Below the pieces are notes generated by a model that had not been told where the DNA came from, searched no databases, and worked only from the letters and a program-made list of their open reading frames with translations. This document shows positions 1 to 13,600 of a DNA stretch of 64,000 bases, piece after piece. Source of the DNA: Convolutriloba macropyga (lineage: Eukaryota); contig NC_134478.1 in assembly GCF_964194025.1 (NCBI RefSeq), forward strand, positions 15,314,001 through 15,378,000, read 5' to 3'. A program made the position numbers and the translations under genes. Each line of letters starts with the position of its first letter. Position 1 is the stretch's first letter.

Positions 1-3000
1 GGCTATGTGAAGGGGCTCTGAAGCCGTGTGCAAGGTGGGGGACTTATGCTAGCAAATTTCTCAAAATGATTTCACCTTAAAAAATACCAGCAATTTCATT
101 ACTTCACAAACTAGGCTACTGCTCAAGACCATCGTACGAAAACAGATGAATTCTCGGAAAGAAAGTCTAAATTCACGTCGTGAACAAATTTGTTTCAGCT
201 AAAAATCAACCACAGAAGGCAAATATTTCTCTTCGAGTCTTAAAATCAAAACTTACAATAATTGCTGTCAACTTTGCTGGAGAGCATTATACACAGAAAA
301 TAATTTAAAAACGTACAGAATTTATAAAAATACTTTGCAAATGAAAAACCATTGAATCAAACGCCTTCAAAAGCATTTTTATGCTTCGTTGTGCCCTAAA
401 ACAACTTGCACGCTTTGAATTTAAATTGCTGCTGATAGTGGAAGAAACTTTGAATGACAAAATTTCAAACATTGCCAGTAAAGTTTGGGCGAACTTCGGG
501 TGGAAAATAACCGCAGCACTAAAATAATTGCTACAAGCGTGGTATGAGAGCAATTGGAAATTACTGCAATTTTATGTTTTCAAATTTGTAGTCATTTTAA
601 GTATGCTTAAGTTTTTTTTAAATATGTTAAATTTTTATGTGTTTCAGTTGGCGCATATACCAATAGTGAAACCAACACAGAACTAACCGACTCTCACTCG
701 AATTAGGCAACCTTCCGATTCAGTACACTAAGCATTTGAAAGACTTTTAAAGCAAACTTGGGGACTGCAACAATTCATTTTAATACCCCAAAACTTTACT
801 TTTCTATCTCTTTGAAAGCTCGAAAACATTACAAACTCCCTAATATCAATTACAAAATCTCAGCGCCAATACTACCAAATTAAACGGATCGTAAAAAAAC
901 AAAAAAGATCGCCTCGCGGCGATTAAGTTTACATATGTTTCAGTTGATACATATACCAATATAAATCCAACACACAGAACTAACCATCTCACTCAACTTA
1001 GGCAGCCTTCCAAGCAAATTCAGCACAATAATCACTTTAAAGACTACCAAAGCAAGCTTGGGGACACCAATGCACGTTAATGCCCCAAGCCTTAAATTTT
1101 TTCTCTTTGAAAGCTCAAAAACATTGCAAATACACTAACACATCAAAAAAACTCAGCGCCAATACTACCGTATTTAAAGGACCTAAAACTAGTGTAAACT
1201 TTTAAAGGTGGAGCGAGCCATCTCCGTCTTCTCAAGAATGCAAATTCAAAAGATTTCAGAAGTTAAAAAATTTCAGAAATTAAAACATAACAGAAATTAA
1301 AAGTTTTGCTAGCAAAAAAAATCCTAAAGCTGCGATTACCTTATTTGCTTATCCAACTTTTCCTGCGTTTTAGTGTTTTCCAGATATTCCATTTCTTTTC
1401 CAAGTTTTTTCACAAATATCTTAACAACCAATGATCGGGGACCAAGCATTTTGCAATAAAAGTATTTGAAAAAGAAAACTTGAAATACCGTTGGTAAATT
1501 CGTCTCAAAAAACCACATCCAATCCGTTCAAGATTTTTGCATCTGCCCAAAGTCATCAATAAATTGCCGACAAATTACCGAAAAACAGCCATCGTTGACC
1601 CACTTGACAAACCTCTAGATTGAAACAAGAAATGTCAAAAAAGGTTCTAATTGGGTTTGAAGTTTAATTTCGATTCTGAAATCAATCTTTATTCAGCTTA
1701 AATCTAAACTGAATGTCATAAAGCCTATTAGTAATGTAAGCTAGCAATTGTGCTAATCAAGATTGAAAACCTACTTATTCTGTTTCCTTTGATTTTTCTC
1801 TTTTGATTTTGACAAAACTCACTACATTGAATAAATGAATGATTGAACGAAATTAAAATCATTACGCCAGTGAAGACAGAGAGCGAGGTGAATTAGGAGT
1901 CAAACGTGGAATTAGTCAATCATGCAAAACAGCAGCACAGGTCTTGAAAATAAAACTATTGCAGCAACTTCAAACAAACACAATCAACACAGCCAATCAC
2001 CATATAGGGGCAAAATTGGTCAAAAAAATTCTTTTTCTAATATCTAATAGTTAGGAATTAATAATGAAACTAATAATAACAACACCTTATAAAACAAATT
2101 AACTCTATGCATCCTTAGAATGAGTGCACAGTACAAAAACCTTGTGAGAATCAATAATACGTAAAGTAAAAAAGAGGTAAGCACAAAATTGTCAAAAATA
2201 AGAATATTTTGGAAAACCAGTTGCTTCAAATTAGGAACCACATAGCTACATGCTAAAATTCTTCACCACAGGATACCATAAAAATTAGAAGAGAAAAACA
2301 TCTTTTATTAGTTTTAATGGCTGAATACGAGACGATGAATCTAGAAACGAAGGCAAGAATCATATTATGAAGGCAAGAATCAATTTATAAATAGGGAAAT
2401 TGGTTAGTCGTAAGCAGACGCATGAAGCGGGGCGTGGTGGGATGTGGGAAGGGGAGTTGGAGGTGCGGGGGATAGGCAATGGGAGGGAGTACGCTTCGGG
2501 CGGTGGTGGAAAGGGTACGTTAGTTGTGAGGAGGGGTAGAGGCAGGGGTAGACAGCTGCTCAGGGGGTACGTGTTGAGGTTTACGTAGTTATAGGGGGTT
2601 GAGTAGTTCGGGGGCTATGTAACGGGGATCTGTAGTTGTGTGCAAGGTGGGTGACTGTTATGCAAGCAAAACTCAAATGACTTTGCCTTAAAAATACCAG
2701 CAATTCCATTATTTTACAAACAAAGCTACTGCTAAGGTCCAACATTCGAAAAAAGAGATAAATGTTTGGAAAGAAAGTCTAAATTCAAGTCGTGAACCAA
2801 ATTGGTTCAGATAAAAGCAACCAGTAGAAGGCAAATGTTCCACTTCACTGGATAGCATTATACACAGGAGAAAACTTAAAAAAACGTACTTAGAAAACTT
2901 AAAAAACGAGTTTATGAAATTACTTAAAACAAAAAATCACCAAATGTCTTAGAAGCATATTTGAGCTTCATTGTACCCAAAATTAACTTGCAAGCTTTTA

Positions 3001-5460
3001 AGAACTTAATTTGCCGTTGAAAGTGAAAGAAACTTCGAATGACAAAATTGCAAACATTACCAATTAAGGTTGGGCAACCTTCGGGTGGAAAGTAACCGCA
3101 GCACTAATATAATTGCAACAACCGTCGTATGAGAGCAATTAGAATTTACTACAACTTTATGTATTTAAATTGACATCACCTTTGATAAAGTTTTTATGTG
3201 TTTCAGTTGATAAAATATACCAATAGTGAAACCAACACACAGAACTAACCATCTCTCACTCAATTTAGGCCGCCTTCCGAGCAAATTAAGCACACTAAGC
3301 ACTTTGAAGTCTACTAAAGCAAGCTTGGAAAGTCCAACACATCGTTTTAATGCCCCAAACTTTACTTTCTTAATCTCTGCAAGCTCGAAAACATTGCAAA
3401 CTCACAAGCACCTCTTACAAAAACTAAGCGCCAATACAACAGAATTCAAATGATCTGAAAAAATGATAGCCTCACCATCACATCGCGGCGATTACTTTAC
3501 ATAGGTTTCAGTTGAGACATATACCAATAAGGAAATTAACACACAACTAACCATCTCACTCAATTTAGGCCGCCTTCCAAGCAAATTCAGCACACTTATC
3601 ACTTTGAAGTCCACTAAAGCAAGCTTGGGGAGTCCGATTTATTTTAATGTCCCAAGCCTTACTTTTTTAATCTCTTTGAAAGCTCGAAAACATTGCAAAT
3701 ACACTAACAAGTCTTACAAAAAACTAGGCGCCAATACTGGCAAAATTAAATGATTAAAACAAAAACACTCGCATCGCGGCGATTTAAAACATACCCGGCA
3801 GTTTCCTGGAAAATAGCCACCGTTGATTCCCATAACCACGATTGGGAGAATAGAAAATAATGGAAATGATTTTCTTAGTGAGACGATGCAGAAGCTAGTA
3901 TCAATACCGATACGCATTAGAGGTGTTAACTAAGACTTATAAGAACCAATTTCGAGAAATGGGCATCCAAAACTGGGCTCTATGGGTTTATCCCGTTTCT
4001 ATTTCAGACTTCGTTTTTTTGATACTGACTCTGTTCATTTTGAATTGCTCTGCTTCGCAACTGCTGTCTAATAGCACTTTGAGCAGAATGAGAAAAGAGT
4101 GGAACTAGCCTAGAGAATTTAGCCAAGATTTCGAGCAAAATGTTGAACAAGCTGTGAACTAAGGTCAAGCGAAAAAATTTTATTAGACGAAGTTAAAACA
4201 ATAGTAGCGCTATAATAGCCGGCTGAATCTGAGGCGGCTTTTGAGAACTAGTAGAAAACTTTAAAGGTGGAGCAAGCCATCTCCGTCGCCTTATAAGCTG
4301 GGATTACATTATTTGCTTTTCTATCTTTTCCTGCGTTTTAGCAATTTCCCGATATTCCATTTCTTTTCTAAGTTTTATTTACAAATACTTTAAAACCCAG
4401 CGATCGGGAAACAATCTTTTCGCAATAAAAGTATTTGAAAAAGAAAACTTGAAATACCGTATTGGTAAATTCGTCTCAAAAAATTACATCCAATCCGTGC
4501 TCAAGATTTTTACATCTGCCCAAAGCAATAAAAAAGCCGACAAATTACAGAAAAACAGCCGTCGTTGACCCGCTTGACCAACATCGGGATTGAAAGAAAA
4601 GGAAGAGAAAAACTGCCAGAATTCGTGAATAAGTGTCAAAAATGGTTCTAGTTGGGATTGAACTTTAATTTTGATTCCGAAATTATTCTTTATTCAGCTC
4701 AGATCTAAACTGAAGGCAATAAGGCTCAAGTAATACAAGCTAGCAATTGCTCTTATGAACATTGAAAACCTACTTGTCTCGTTTCCTTTGATTTTGCTCT
4801 TTTGATTTTGACCATATTCACTATATTAAATAATTCAATGGTTAAAAGAATTCTAAAACTTTAAGTCAGTTAAGCCAGCGGGTGAGGCGAATTAGAAGTC
4901 AAACATGAAAGTAGTAACTCATGCAAAACAAATGGCATGATCGGAGTTTAAAGCGAATTACAAAAACATAGCAGCGCAAGTCTTGAATTACAAGCCAAAG
5001 AATTGTACAACTGAAGAACTGACAAAAAATCCTATTGCAGCAACTTCAAACAAAGACAGTCATCACAGCCCATGTCCATGAAGGCGCAAAAGGGATAAAA
5101 AGAAATGGAAAAAATAAGAAAATTCTTTTCAATATCTAGTAGCGCAAGAATTAATAATGTAAGTGATAATAACGACAACTTACAAAACATTAGCTCTATG
5201 GATCCTTAGAATGAGTACACAAAACAACAACCTTGCGCTTGTGAGAATCAATGCCACACAAAGTTAAAAAGAGGCAAACACTAAATCGTCCAAAATTAGA
5301 GTACTTTGGAAAATCAGTGGCTACAAATTAAGAACCCCATAACTACATGCTAAAATTCTTCGTCAAAGGATACCATAAAATTTAGAAGACAAAAAAATAT
5401 CTTATCAGTTCTAATCGCTGAATACGAGGCGATAAATCTAGAAATGAAGGCAAGAATCAA
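1..5460. repeat. Diverged tandem duplication of a ~2.6-kb composite repeat, with internal ~290-bp subrepeats
   Basis: Sequence from position 1 (ggctatgtgaaggggctctg...ccttaaaaaataccagcaatt) recurs at 2613 and stays colinear to ~5460 (gaaatgaaggcaagaatcaattt, cf. 2345-2390). Each copy has two internal gtttcagttg...ataccaata...aactaacc subunits (~641/937 and ~3200/3505). Confidence 0.75.
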
Positions 5461-5836
5461 TTTCAAACATTTAGAACAAACGGTATACGAGTCAATGAAA
5501 ACGTTAACTGAAAATTGGAGCCGAACAAAAACAAAATGACGTTGCACAAGAAAGCCAATGACAACCATTATTAATGAGAAAAAGCGGTAGGACCACAAAA
5601 AATACATGCAAGAAATCGATTTTTATTTTTCGAATAGAAAGTGCCAGAAGCAAAAAAAAACGATTGCTGTGATAGACGCTTGGAGCCTTCCATGAATTGA
5701 AACAACTAAAGAGAATAGATAGACAGATCGACCACCAGTGCTTTAATAGACCACAAGACTTTTTGGGTTAGCTTTGGACTGTCATGAGACACATAAGCTC
5801 TATAAGGAGAAAGCTCTAATAGGGCTTATCATAATT

Positions 5837-5997
5837 AGGATCTCTTCCGTTTGTGCCCTCAGCTTAGTGGGCGCATATTATTTCCACCCCTCAGATGCAC
5901 GTGCCATATTTTTTACATAATGACTTACTATGTAATGGCACGTGCTCTGTAACTGGGGGGCGCAGAACGTACTGGGGGCACAAACGGAGAAGATCCC
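5837..5997. mobile_element. MITE-like element with ~25-bp terminal inverted repeats, nested in another repeat
   Basis: ggatctcttccgtttgtgccctcag (5837) is inverted relative to ctgggggcacaaacggagaagatccc (5972-5997). The host repeat is uninterrupted at ~6650-6710. Confidence 0.55.
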
Positions 5998-7051
5998 AAA
6001 ATTAACATTAAAAATCAGAAACTCAAGACAATAATAATCAAGAATTAGGGCATATATGTTTGGCACTACTTAGATGCACATTAATGATCTTTAAGTGAAT
6101 GTTCATAAAATTTGAAGTTCCATAAGTGAGTTCAGAAGTCATTTTTTTGGAGTGAGCTAAGTCATTGAAAAATTCAATTCCAAGAAGTCAGGGTAAGACG
6201 AAACAAAAATCTGTTAGACGAAGTAAAAAAAATTAGGAGCGCTATAATAGCCGCCTGGAATTGAGGACGCGGCTATTAATCAACTATTTCATTAGGAATG
6301 TAACCTCTCAATAAAAAGACTAAATGATCAGACAACATAAATTACGATCAATATTTGCCAAAACTCGCAAGTACCCTTTAAAAAGAAATGAATAAAAGTA
6401 AAACAAAAGCATTAAACTCTGACAAAATTATTCTGATTAACCTAATTCTCATAACCAACCAAACAGACCTGTAACTAATGATGTCAAGTAACAAGACAGC
6501 AATAAGAACCTCAAAAAAAACATAAAAGAGCCGCAGTCGACGCTTGTGGCTTTCCATGGAATTGAAACAATTAAAGAAATGAGATACAGATTGACCACCA
6601 GTCCTTTAATAGACCACTAGACTTTTTCGGTTAGATTCGGGCTTTATGAAACACATAAGCTCTATAAGGAATACGCTCCATATACGTTTGGCAATACTTA
6701 GATGCACACTATTAATCTTTACCTAGTAAACGTTCATAAAAATTAAAAACCATTAAGTGAGTTCAGAAGTCACTTTCTGGAGTGAGTTAAGTCATGCAAT
6801 TGACATAAAAGCAGAACAAATGACGTCACGCACACAAATTTCAACTGCAAAGCAGTAGAAGTCACAAATTGAAAAGTCAATGGTCGCAGAATCATTGATG
6901 AAGACGACAAATTACAAAACCATAGCAGGACAAGTCCCGACCTACAATTTAAAGATATTTCGAATCAGTGCCCCAATGCAACTCAAATTCTTTAAATTGT
7001 AAAAAAAACACGATGTCCCAATAATAGCCGCTATTGCTTCGCGGCTATTAA

Positions 7052-7300
7052 ACAAAACATAACCGACTAACGTCGGGCGAATTGCTCTCAAATGAACGGC
7101 TGGCTTCGTCAGTAGCTAGGCACGGTTTAGGGAGGCTAGCTTTAGCTTTATGGAAGGGGCATAAGTTAGCGCAGCGGAGGCGGGGGTGCACCGAGGGGTT
7201 GATGGGGTGGCAACTGTGGGGGGGGGCAACATTGGGTAGGGGAGTCAATCTCTAAGAACCGTCCTTCGCACCATAAGTACAAGTCTCCAAAAAATATTCT
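7052..7300 (+). repeat. Interspersed repeat family (further copies ~9975-10170 +, ~61960-62050 -, ~63600-63737 -)
   Basis: Shared end aacataaccgactaacgt.ggcgaattgctctcaaa, followed by gtagctag/gaggctagcttt and a G-rich tract. Confidence 0.7.
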
Positions 7301-7631
7301 GTGAATAGCTTACTTGAAGAAATATTCTGTGAATAGCTTACTTGTGAATAGCTTTGCTTAAAAATCGCATAAAAAGACCGACAGGGTTAATATAATTGCT
7401 TCAAACTTAGTTTGAGAGCAATTAATTATCAAAAAATTAATTATTTTTTGAGAACGAACAGCGTATAATTCGAAAGCAACAGCGTACACGAACGAGAGCC
7501 ACAGCTGAAATGAACTGAAATAATCAATTCAATCAACTTAGCAATCCTTAGCAACCGAAACGGCCTGTCAATACAGTTTCCGATGTAAAGGTACAAAAAG
7601 GTTGAAAATTTGTCTTTACGTTTGAGAAAAG

Positions 7632-10600
7632 TTAACCTGATGATGGTGCAGCTAATCTTGATGACCTTCCACTCCTCGTATTAGTTGGGGACGAGCATGC
7701 ATTGCTCTGTAGAGCACCATGAGTTGTACCAATACTACCGCTAGCAGCGACACCTCCCGCCAACACATTCGAAGAGGTCACTAATCTATTGCTAACTGAT
7801 GACGTAGAATCCGCCAGGGACTCCGAGACCAGTTCCATCAAGGAGTCACTACTCGCGACCAGGGTTCCACCTTTACTTAGTGAGAACTGGTTTCCAATAG
7901 CACCCATATTGTTGAAAGAATCCACTATCGGCGACACGAAGCCACTGTGGGCACTTGAGCCTGTGGATCCGTCACCACCTCCGAGGCTACTTGTGCCTCC
8001 CGAGATGAGACCCGAACTACCGTTGCCTCCTCCGCCACTCAATGAGATGACTGCGCGACGTGTTGCCGCCCTGGTGGGGTAACGCCTCCGAAATTTCTGT
8101 GGAGGTCCACCTAAACAAGTATTTCATGTAAATTCAATGATCAGTGTTTCAATTGTCCAGTGTTTCCAAATACAAACTTGCATCTAATTAAATGATCACA
8201 GCTTCCAAAAAATGAGTGTTACAGATTGATTGAAAAGAAGAGCAAGAAGAACATTATGGAGTGGGTTTAATCAAGTTCTCCCATCGCCATGAACAAAATC
8301 AGTCGGCAACGCACTAATGTATTTAGGGTTCAAAAATTAAAAGCCTACTATATAATACAAGCCCGTCTGGCAAAGAGACTAAAACATGGTATATCTAAAA
8401 TTGAATAATCGAAATCTAATGCGTTGAGCAAATAGTCCTCAATAAACAATCTAATGCCTCGGAGATCATTCTGAGTTGCTCATCAAATATTCACAAGTAC
8501 CACAAAAATATTTTTTAAACAGTAAAATTGAGTTTCACTAGATTGGAATGCATTGTGAAATTAACTAATGCCCACCCAAAACATCAACCACTATATCAAT
8601 TTCAGCGACCTCTGAAGTTGCTCATAGATGAGCATGATGACGCGAATGATGACTCGGAGCTGGTGTCACACCCATCGATCACTCGGGGCACAGACCGGAT
8701 GACTGGGGGGTAGGACACGAAGGGGGGCATGGTGGGGGCTGCTGCTGAAGATGCATGTTGGTGACCCTGTTTATGGGCTGAAGAGGAAACTGTGTTCCCA
8801 CCACCTCCAAACCTCCTTGGAGGCGTACGTGGCGAACAGTGGATTGGTTTGAAGAGATAGCCCTGAGAAAAAAAATTTCAATTTATGATGCATTTTTGAA
8901 TTTTCTTTCTATGCTCCTCAATTAAATTATATCAGTGGAAGCTTGAAACAACCAACTAATTGATTTGAAACTACGCAGCTGGGGGGTTTGATAATGCCTT
9001 GTTTTCATGCAGAAAGGAGGGGGTGGGGTCATCCCTATTATTGCCCCCATCAATGTATATTACGGTAATTCAGCAATTCTTCAAATTGATAAAATGAAAC
9101 TAAATTCTGTGCAACTTCATTGAATTTTAGTAGACAGATTTTCATCTGCTCAAAATTCTGAATGAGAGTAATTTAGATCACCCAAATATCAAAAATTCAA
9201 GGCAAAAACGACCATCGAAAATTCAAATCTTTCAAGCAAAAATTTGCATTAATAAAATGGACTACAATAATTGCTACAGCTAAAATGTTTCGAACGTCAC
9301 TTTCACTGTACTTAAAAAAACATATCCGGCAGATAGCCGGAAAATAGACCGGAAATAGCCATCTAAAATTGGGATTTATCCGTTTATCCCGTTCTATTCC
9401 TGATTTCATTTTATGACTCCGTTCATTTTATAGTGCTCTGATGAGCAAATTCTGTTTAAAAGCACTTTGAGCGACGACTAAAAACTAGCCAAAAGAAATG
9501 GAAATATTTCACGCAAGACGTTAAACAAGTTGTGACTTAAAGTTAAGCGAAATAAATTTTTATTCAACGAAGTTAAAAAAAACATGGCAGATTGTCAGAA
9601 AATAGCTGTAATAGCTTTGCAGATCTGCAGTCGCACAAAGAAAGTATAAAAAGAAACTTTATTTGATGCGGAGATGATATATTTGCTGCTTCTATCAGCC
9701 GCTATCAAATAACCTTCAATTAAAGTGACACAAACTCACTTGACCTTGTCTCTAAAGTGAAGGAAAGTCAATTTCAGAATGCGGAAGTCATTTTTTAGAG
9801 TGCGTTAAGTCACGAGTGACCAAACTATCACTCGAATAAACACAAAAAACTTGTTCCACTGAGTGAAAAATGACGTGACGTCACGCACATAATTCAGTTG
9901 AAATTGCATGAACGAATGAAAAAAAGCAGATTGGGACGTCATGTGATCGTAACAAAAACCCTAACGAAACAATAAAACATAACCGACTAACGTCTGAGCG
10001 AATTGCTCAGTGAGGCAAGCTTTAGCTTAACTTAAGGGTTGTGAGTTGAGAGCACCGGGGGTGATTCAGGGGGTGGGGGTGTTGTGTTTGTGATCGGGTC
10101 AACCGCTAAAAACCGCCCTTCACACCATAACTATAAGTCTCCAAAACATTTTCTGTGAATCACATACTTAGAATCTAGTGAACTGAAAGCCTCTAAAATT
10201 AATGCCCGCAGTGCTACCTGTTTATCCCGTTTTTGAGGATGAAAAGTCAAATGGGTCGGACGAAAAATCGGTCAAGCGAAATCGGTCAAGAACAACATAG
10301 CCGGCACATTGCCGTAACAGCTCCGAAAGAATAGACTTTTAGAGAAGCCTTTTAGAGTTCCTTTGACCTTAAACTAATTCAAATTAACCTTAAGTTTTAA
10401 AGTGCAGAAGTCATTTTATTGAGTGAGGTAAGTCACGTATGATCAAAATCTATTCACGCAAACGAACTTCGAACCTTTGCTAGAGAGAGAAGGAGAAATG
10501 ACGTCACGCCCGCAAACGCCGTAAGTGAGAGGAAGAAGTCATTCAAAAAATTCGACTTTTTCAGCTTTGCTGTGTGAACAAATTTAAAACGAAAAGAGCG

Positions 10601-13600
10601 TCAGACTAAACAAAGAACATAACAAGACAAGTCCTGACGTACAATTCAAACAATTTTTATTGACTAAACAAAAAACTAGCCTAAAAAGGACTACGAGTGA
10701 ATTGCGAAAACCATTCTAAAAAATCATATCAAAAAATTAACTAAAAAACCAAAATGAATGTCAAAATGCCGCATGTGAACAAAAAACTACCAGCTAAAAA
10801 TGGAAATTTGGTTTCAACAAAAAACAAGGCCTAGAATCAACTATAATGGATTGGGAAAAACATTTAGAAAAATATCCGATCAAAAATATCGAAAAAACAA
10901 AAAAAAATCAACGTGAAATTGCCACTAGCGAGAGGGCGAATTTTTGTTCAAACACCGTTTTCTCAATCTACTTCAAAATTAGAGCAAACAAATTTCACGC
11001 CGCAAAACCACTCGCTTTTTCGCTCCACATCCCGTTTCGGCGTGACCAAAGTAACTACTCCAATTTGACTTCAAAAATCATGAAAATGTGTAAACAGATC
11101 TTATAAAAAGACACCGCCCCAATACAATTCAAATTCTTTAAATTGTAAAAAAAAACCAAGAGCACCGGCGATATGCTCCGCTCAGCTTAAAGCTTCGCAG
11201 CAATATAAAAAAGACAAACAAGAGTAATAAAATTGCTGCAAACTTCGTTTGAGAGCAATTAAAAGCCAATTGAAGACCAATAATAGCCGCAGCTATCGCT
11301 TTGCGGCTATTAATAATAAATAGGGCCGCTATAATAGCCGGCTTAGCAGATGAAGGCGGCTGTTAAAAAAGCAAAACGTTCGAAAATTACAGCAATACCA
11401 TAACAAGAAAATCATTTACACGAATAAGAGCATTAAAAAAATTAGGGTTTCTGTTTCGCACCGACTCGGGCTCGAACCCATATCCCTCGCTTAACAGCCA
11501 TAGGTCTCACCAATTACGCTAACTATGCGTGTTGCACTTGTCCTTTGCTCTTTCTACCGCAAATTTCTGGACACGGGCGTCTGTGACCCGCTTGTTTTTG
11601 CTATACCACATGCTTAATGTGTAAAAAAATGTACATAATAGGATGGCAAAGCGCGTCCAAAAACGCATTGATTATGCGCTAGGTTGCATGATTAAGGACC
11701 CCTAAAATATGTCAAGATAGGAGCAATGTTAACGATTGTGCTCGATTGCGACTGATGTTTAATATAATAAGGGAAGATTAGACAATATGACTAAAACTGC
11801 TCAAAACTTAGTTTCATAGTGATTTTATGGACAGTGGTAATAGAACCGCAAGTCAACAGCTATAAAACAAAACTCAACCTGTGGTTATCCTATGGAGGAC
11901 AGAGAAAAATGTTTGATTTTTCCAATTCAGTCTGTTTGAAACTCTTGGTGTATTCTGTTTTTGCCTCTCGTTTCGTGGGGTGACAATTTGCTCAACTGGT
12001 TTTCTTGAACATTACATTTGAGAAGAGAAAAATAGAGAAGTAAATAAAGGGAGAGAGAGAAACAGAAACGGAAAGGAGATAGGGAGAGCATGAGAGAGAG
12101 AAACAGAACGGAGCAAACAGAAGAAAGAGAGGACGAAACACACATACACACACAGAGCGAGAGAGAGAGAAACAGAGAAAGAAAGAACAGAAAAATGATA
12201 TCTCTAAAATTTGTTTACGGGCAACAATACTAACTGGAAAATCAAAGTGGTTCACGAAAAACGATCGTTGAAAGGCTTGAAATAAAAAAGACAAAAAAGA
12301 CCAAGCGAATGGAAAGAAGAATTGCTACAAAGAGAAAACAATTGCCATTTTCATCCCCCCAAACACACACACGGGAACATAAACCAACTCCCGTCGCACG
12401 GTGTTGATTAGAAATTTTCATGTCTATAAACGGACAGGACTAGCAATTTTCATACCCCAAACACACACAGGAACATAAAACGAATGAGCGTCTCAAGAAG
12501 TGCTCTCAAACAACAGGCGACATGGAGCTGATTAGAATTTTTTTGCCTAAAAAAGGGAGGGTACCCAACACGGGTTCGAACCCTCGACCCTCAGCTTAAC
12601 AGTCATCCATCTTACCAATTGCGCTATAACGACATACCACCTTTGCAGTATGTTTACAATAAGAACTTCAAACTCAGTTCTGGAGCAATTAAAAAACACG
12701 TAGTACCCAGGACAGTAAAACCTCCCTCTGGGCGAGCATAATTTCAAGCCCTCTTGCCTCGTGGTAACTGCACCCGACTAACAGTCTTTTGACACCGGTT
12801 CGGTTCTCACCCATTTACTTTGAGCCTTTTAGGTCATTGACCTCTCTCAAAATGTTCGCTTTACCATGCTGCTCAATGCGGCTCTTAAACATGCGCTTCG
12901 AGAAGCCCCTTAAACATGCAGAAATTCTGTCCCACTTTGAAATCTGTCAGCTCACATGTTTAATAAATAGGAGAAGCATTTTTCATCCCCAAAACACAGG
13001 AACATAAAACGACTCAGCGTTGCAAGTGCCCTCGAAAAACGAGCGGCATGGGGTTGATTAAAAAATTTCATGTCTACAAAAAGGAGGAAAAACCGACACG
13101 GGTTTGAACCCTCGGCCCTCAGAATAGCAGTCCTCCATCTTACCAACTGCGCTATAACGACTACATTCGACCGTATCTCAACTGCTTTTATCGTATCAAT
13201 AAAAATTTCAGATTGAGAGCATTCGAGATCACACATTAAAAAAAAAGTTAAGCGTTAAAAACTTAGTTGAAAGTTAAGAGTGTTCTAGAAGAGCGCAGAA
13301 TCTGTAAAGCTGAAACTTTGCAGAAGAACACGTTTACAATCAGAACTTCAAATTTTGCTCCGGAGCATTTAAAAAACACGTAATAACCAGGACAGAAAAT
13401 TCCTACCTCTGGAAGAGGATAATCTCAAGCCCTCTTAGCCTTGTGGTAACTGCACCTGACTAACAGTCTTTTGACCCAGTTTCGGTTCTCACCCATTTAA
13501 TTTGAGCCTTTTAGGTCATAGACCTCTCTCAAAATGTTCGCTTTACCATGCTGCTCAATGCGGCTCTTAAACATGCGCTTCAAGAAGCCCCTTAAACATG

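Noticed and set aside
7789-8082. Plus-strand proline-rich ORF
   Set aside because: Antisense shadow of the Gly/Ser-rich exon of the RING gene.
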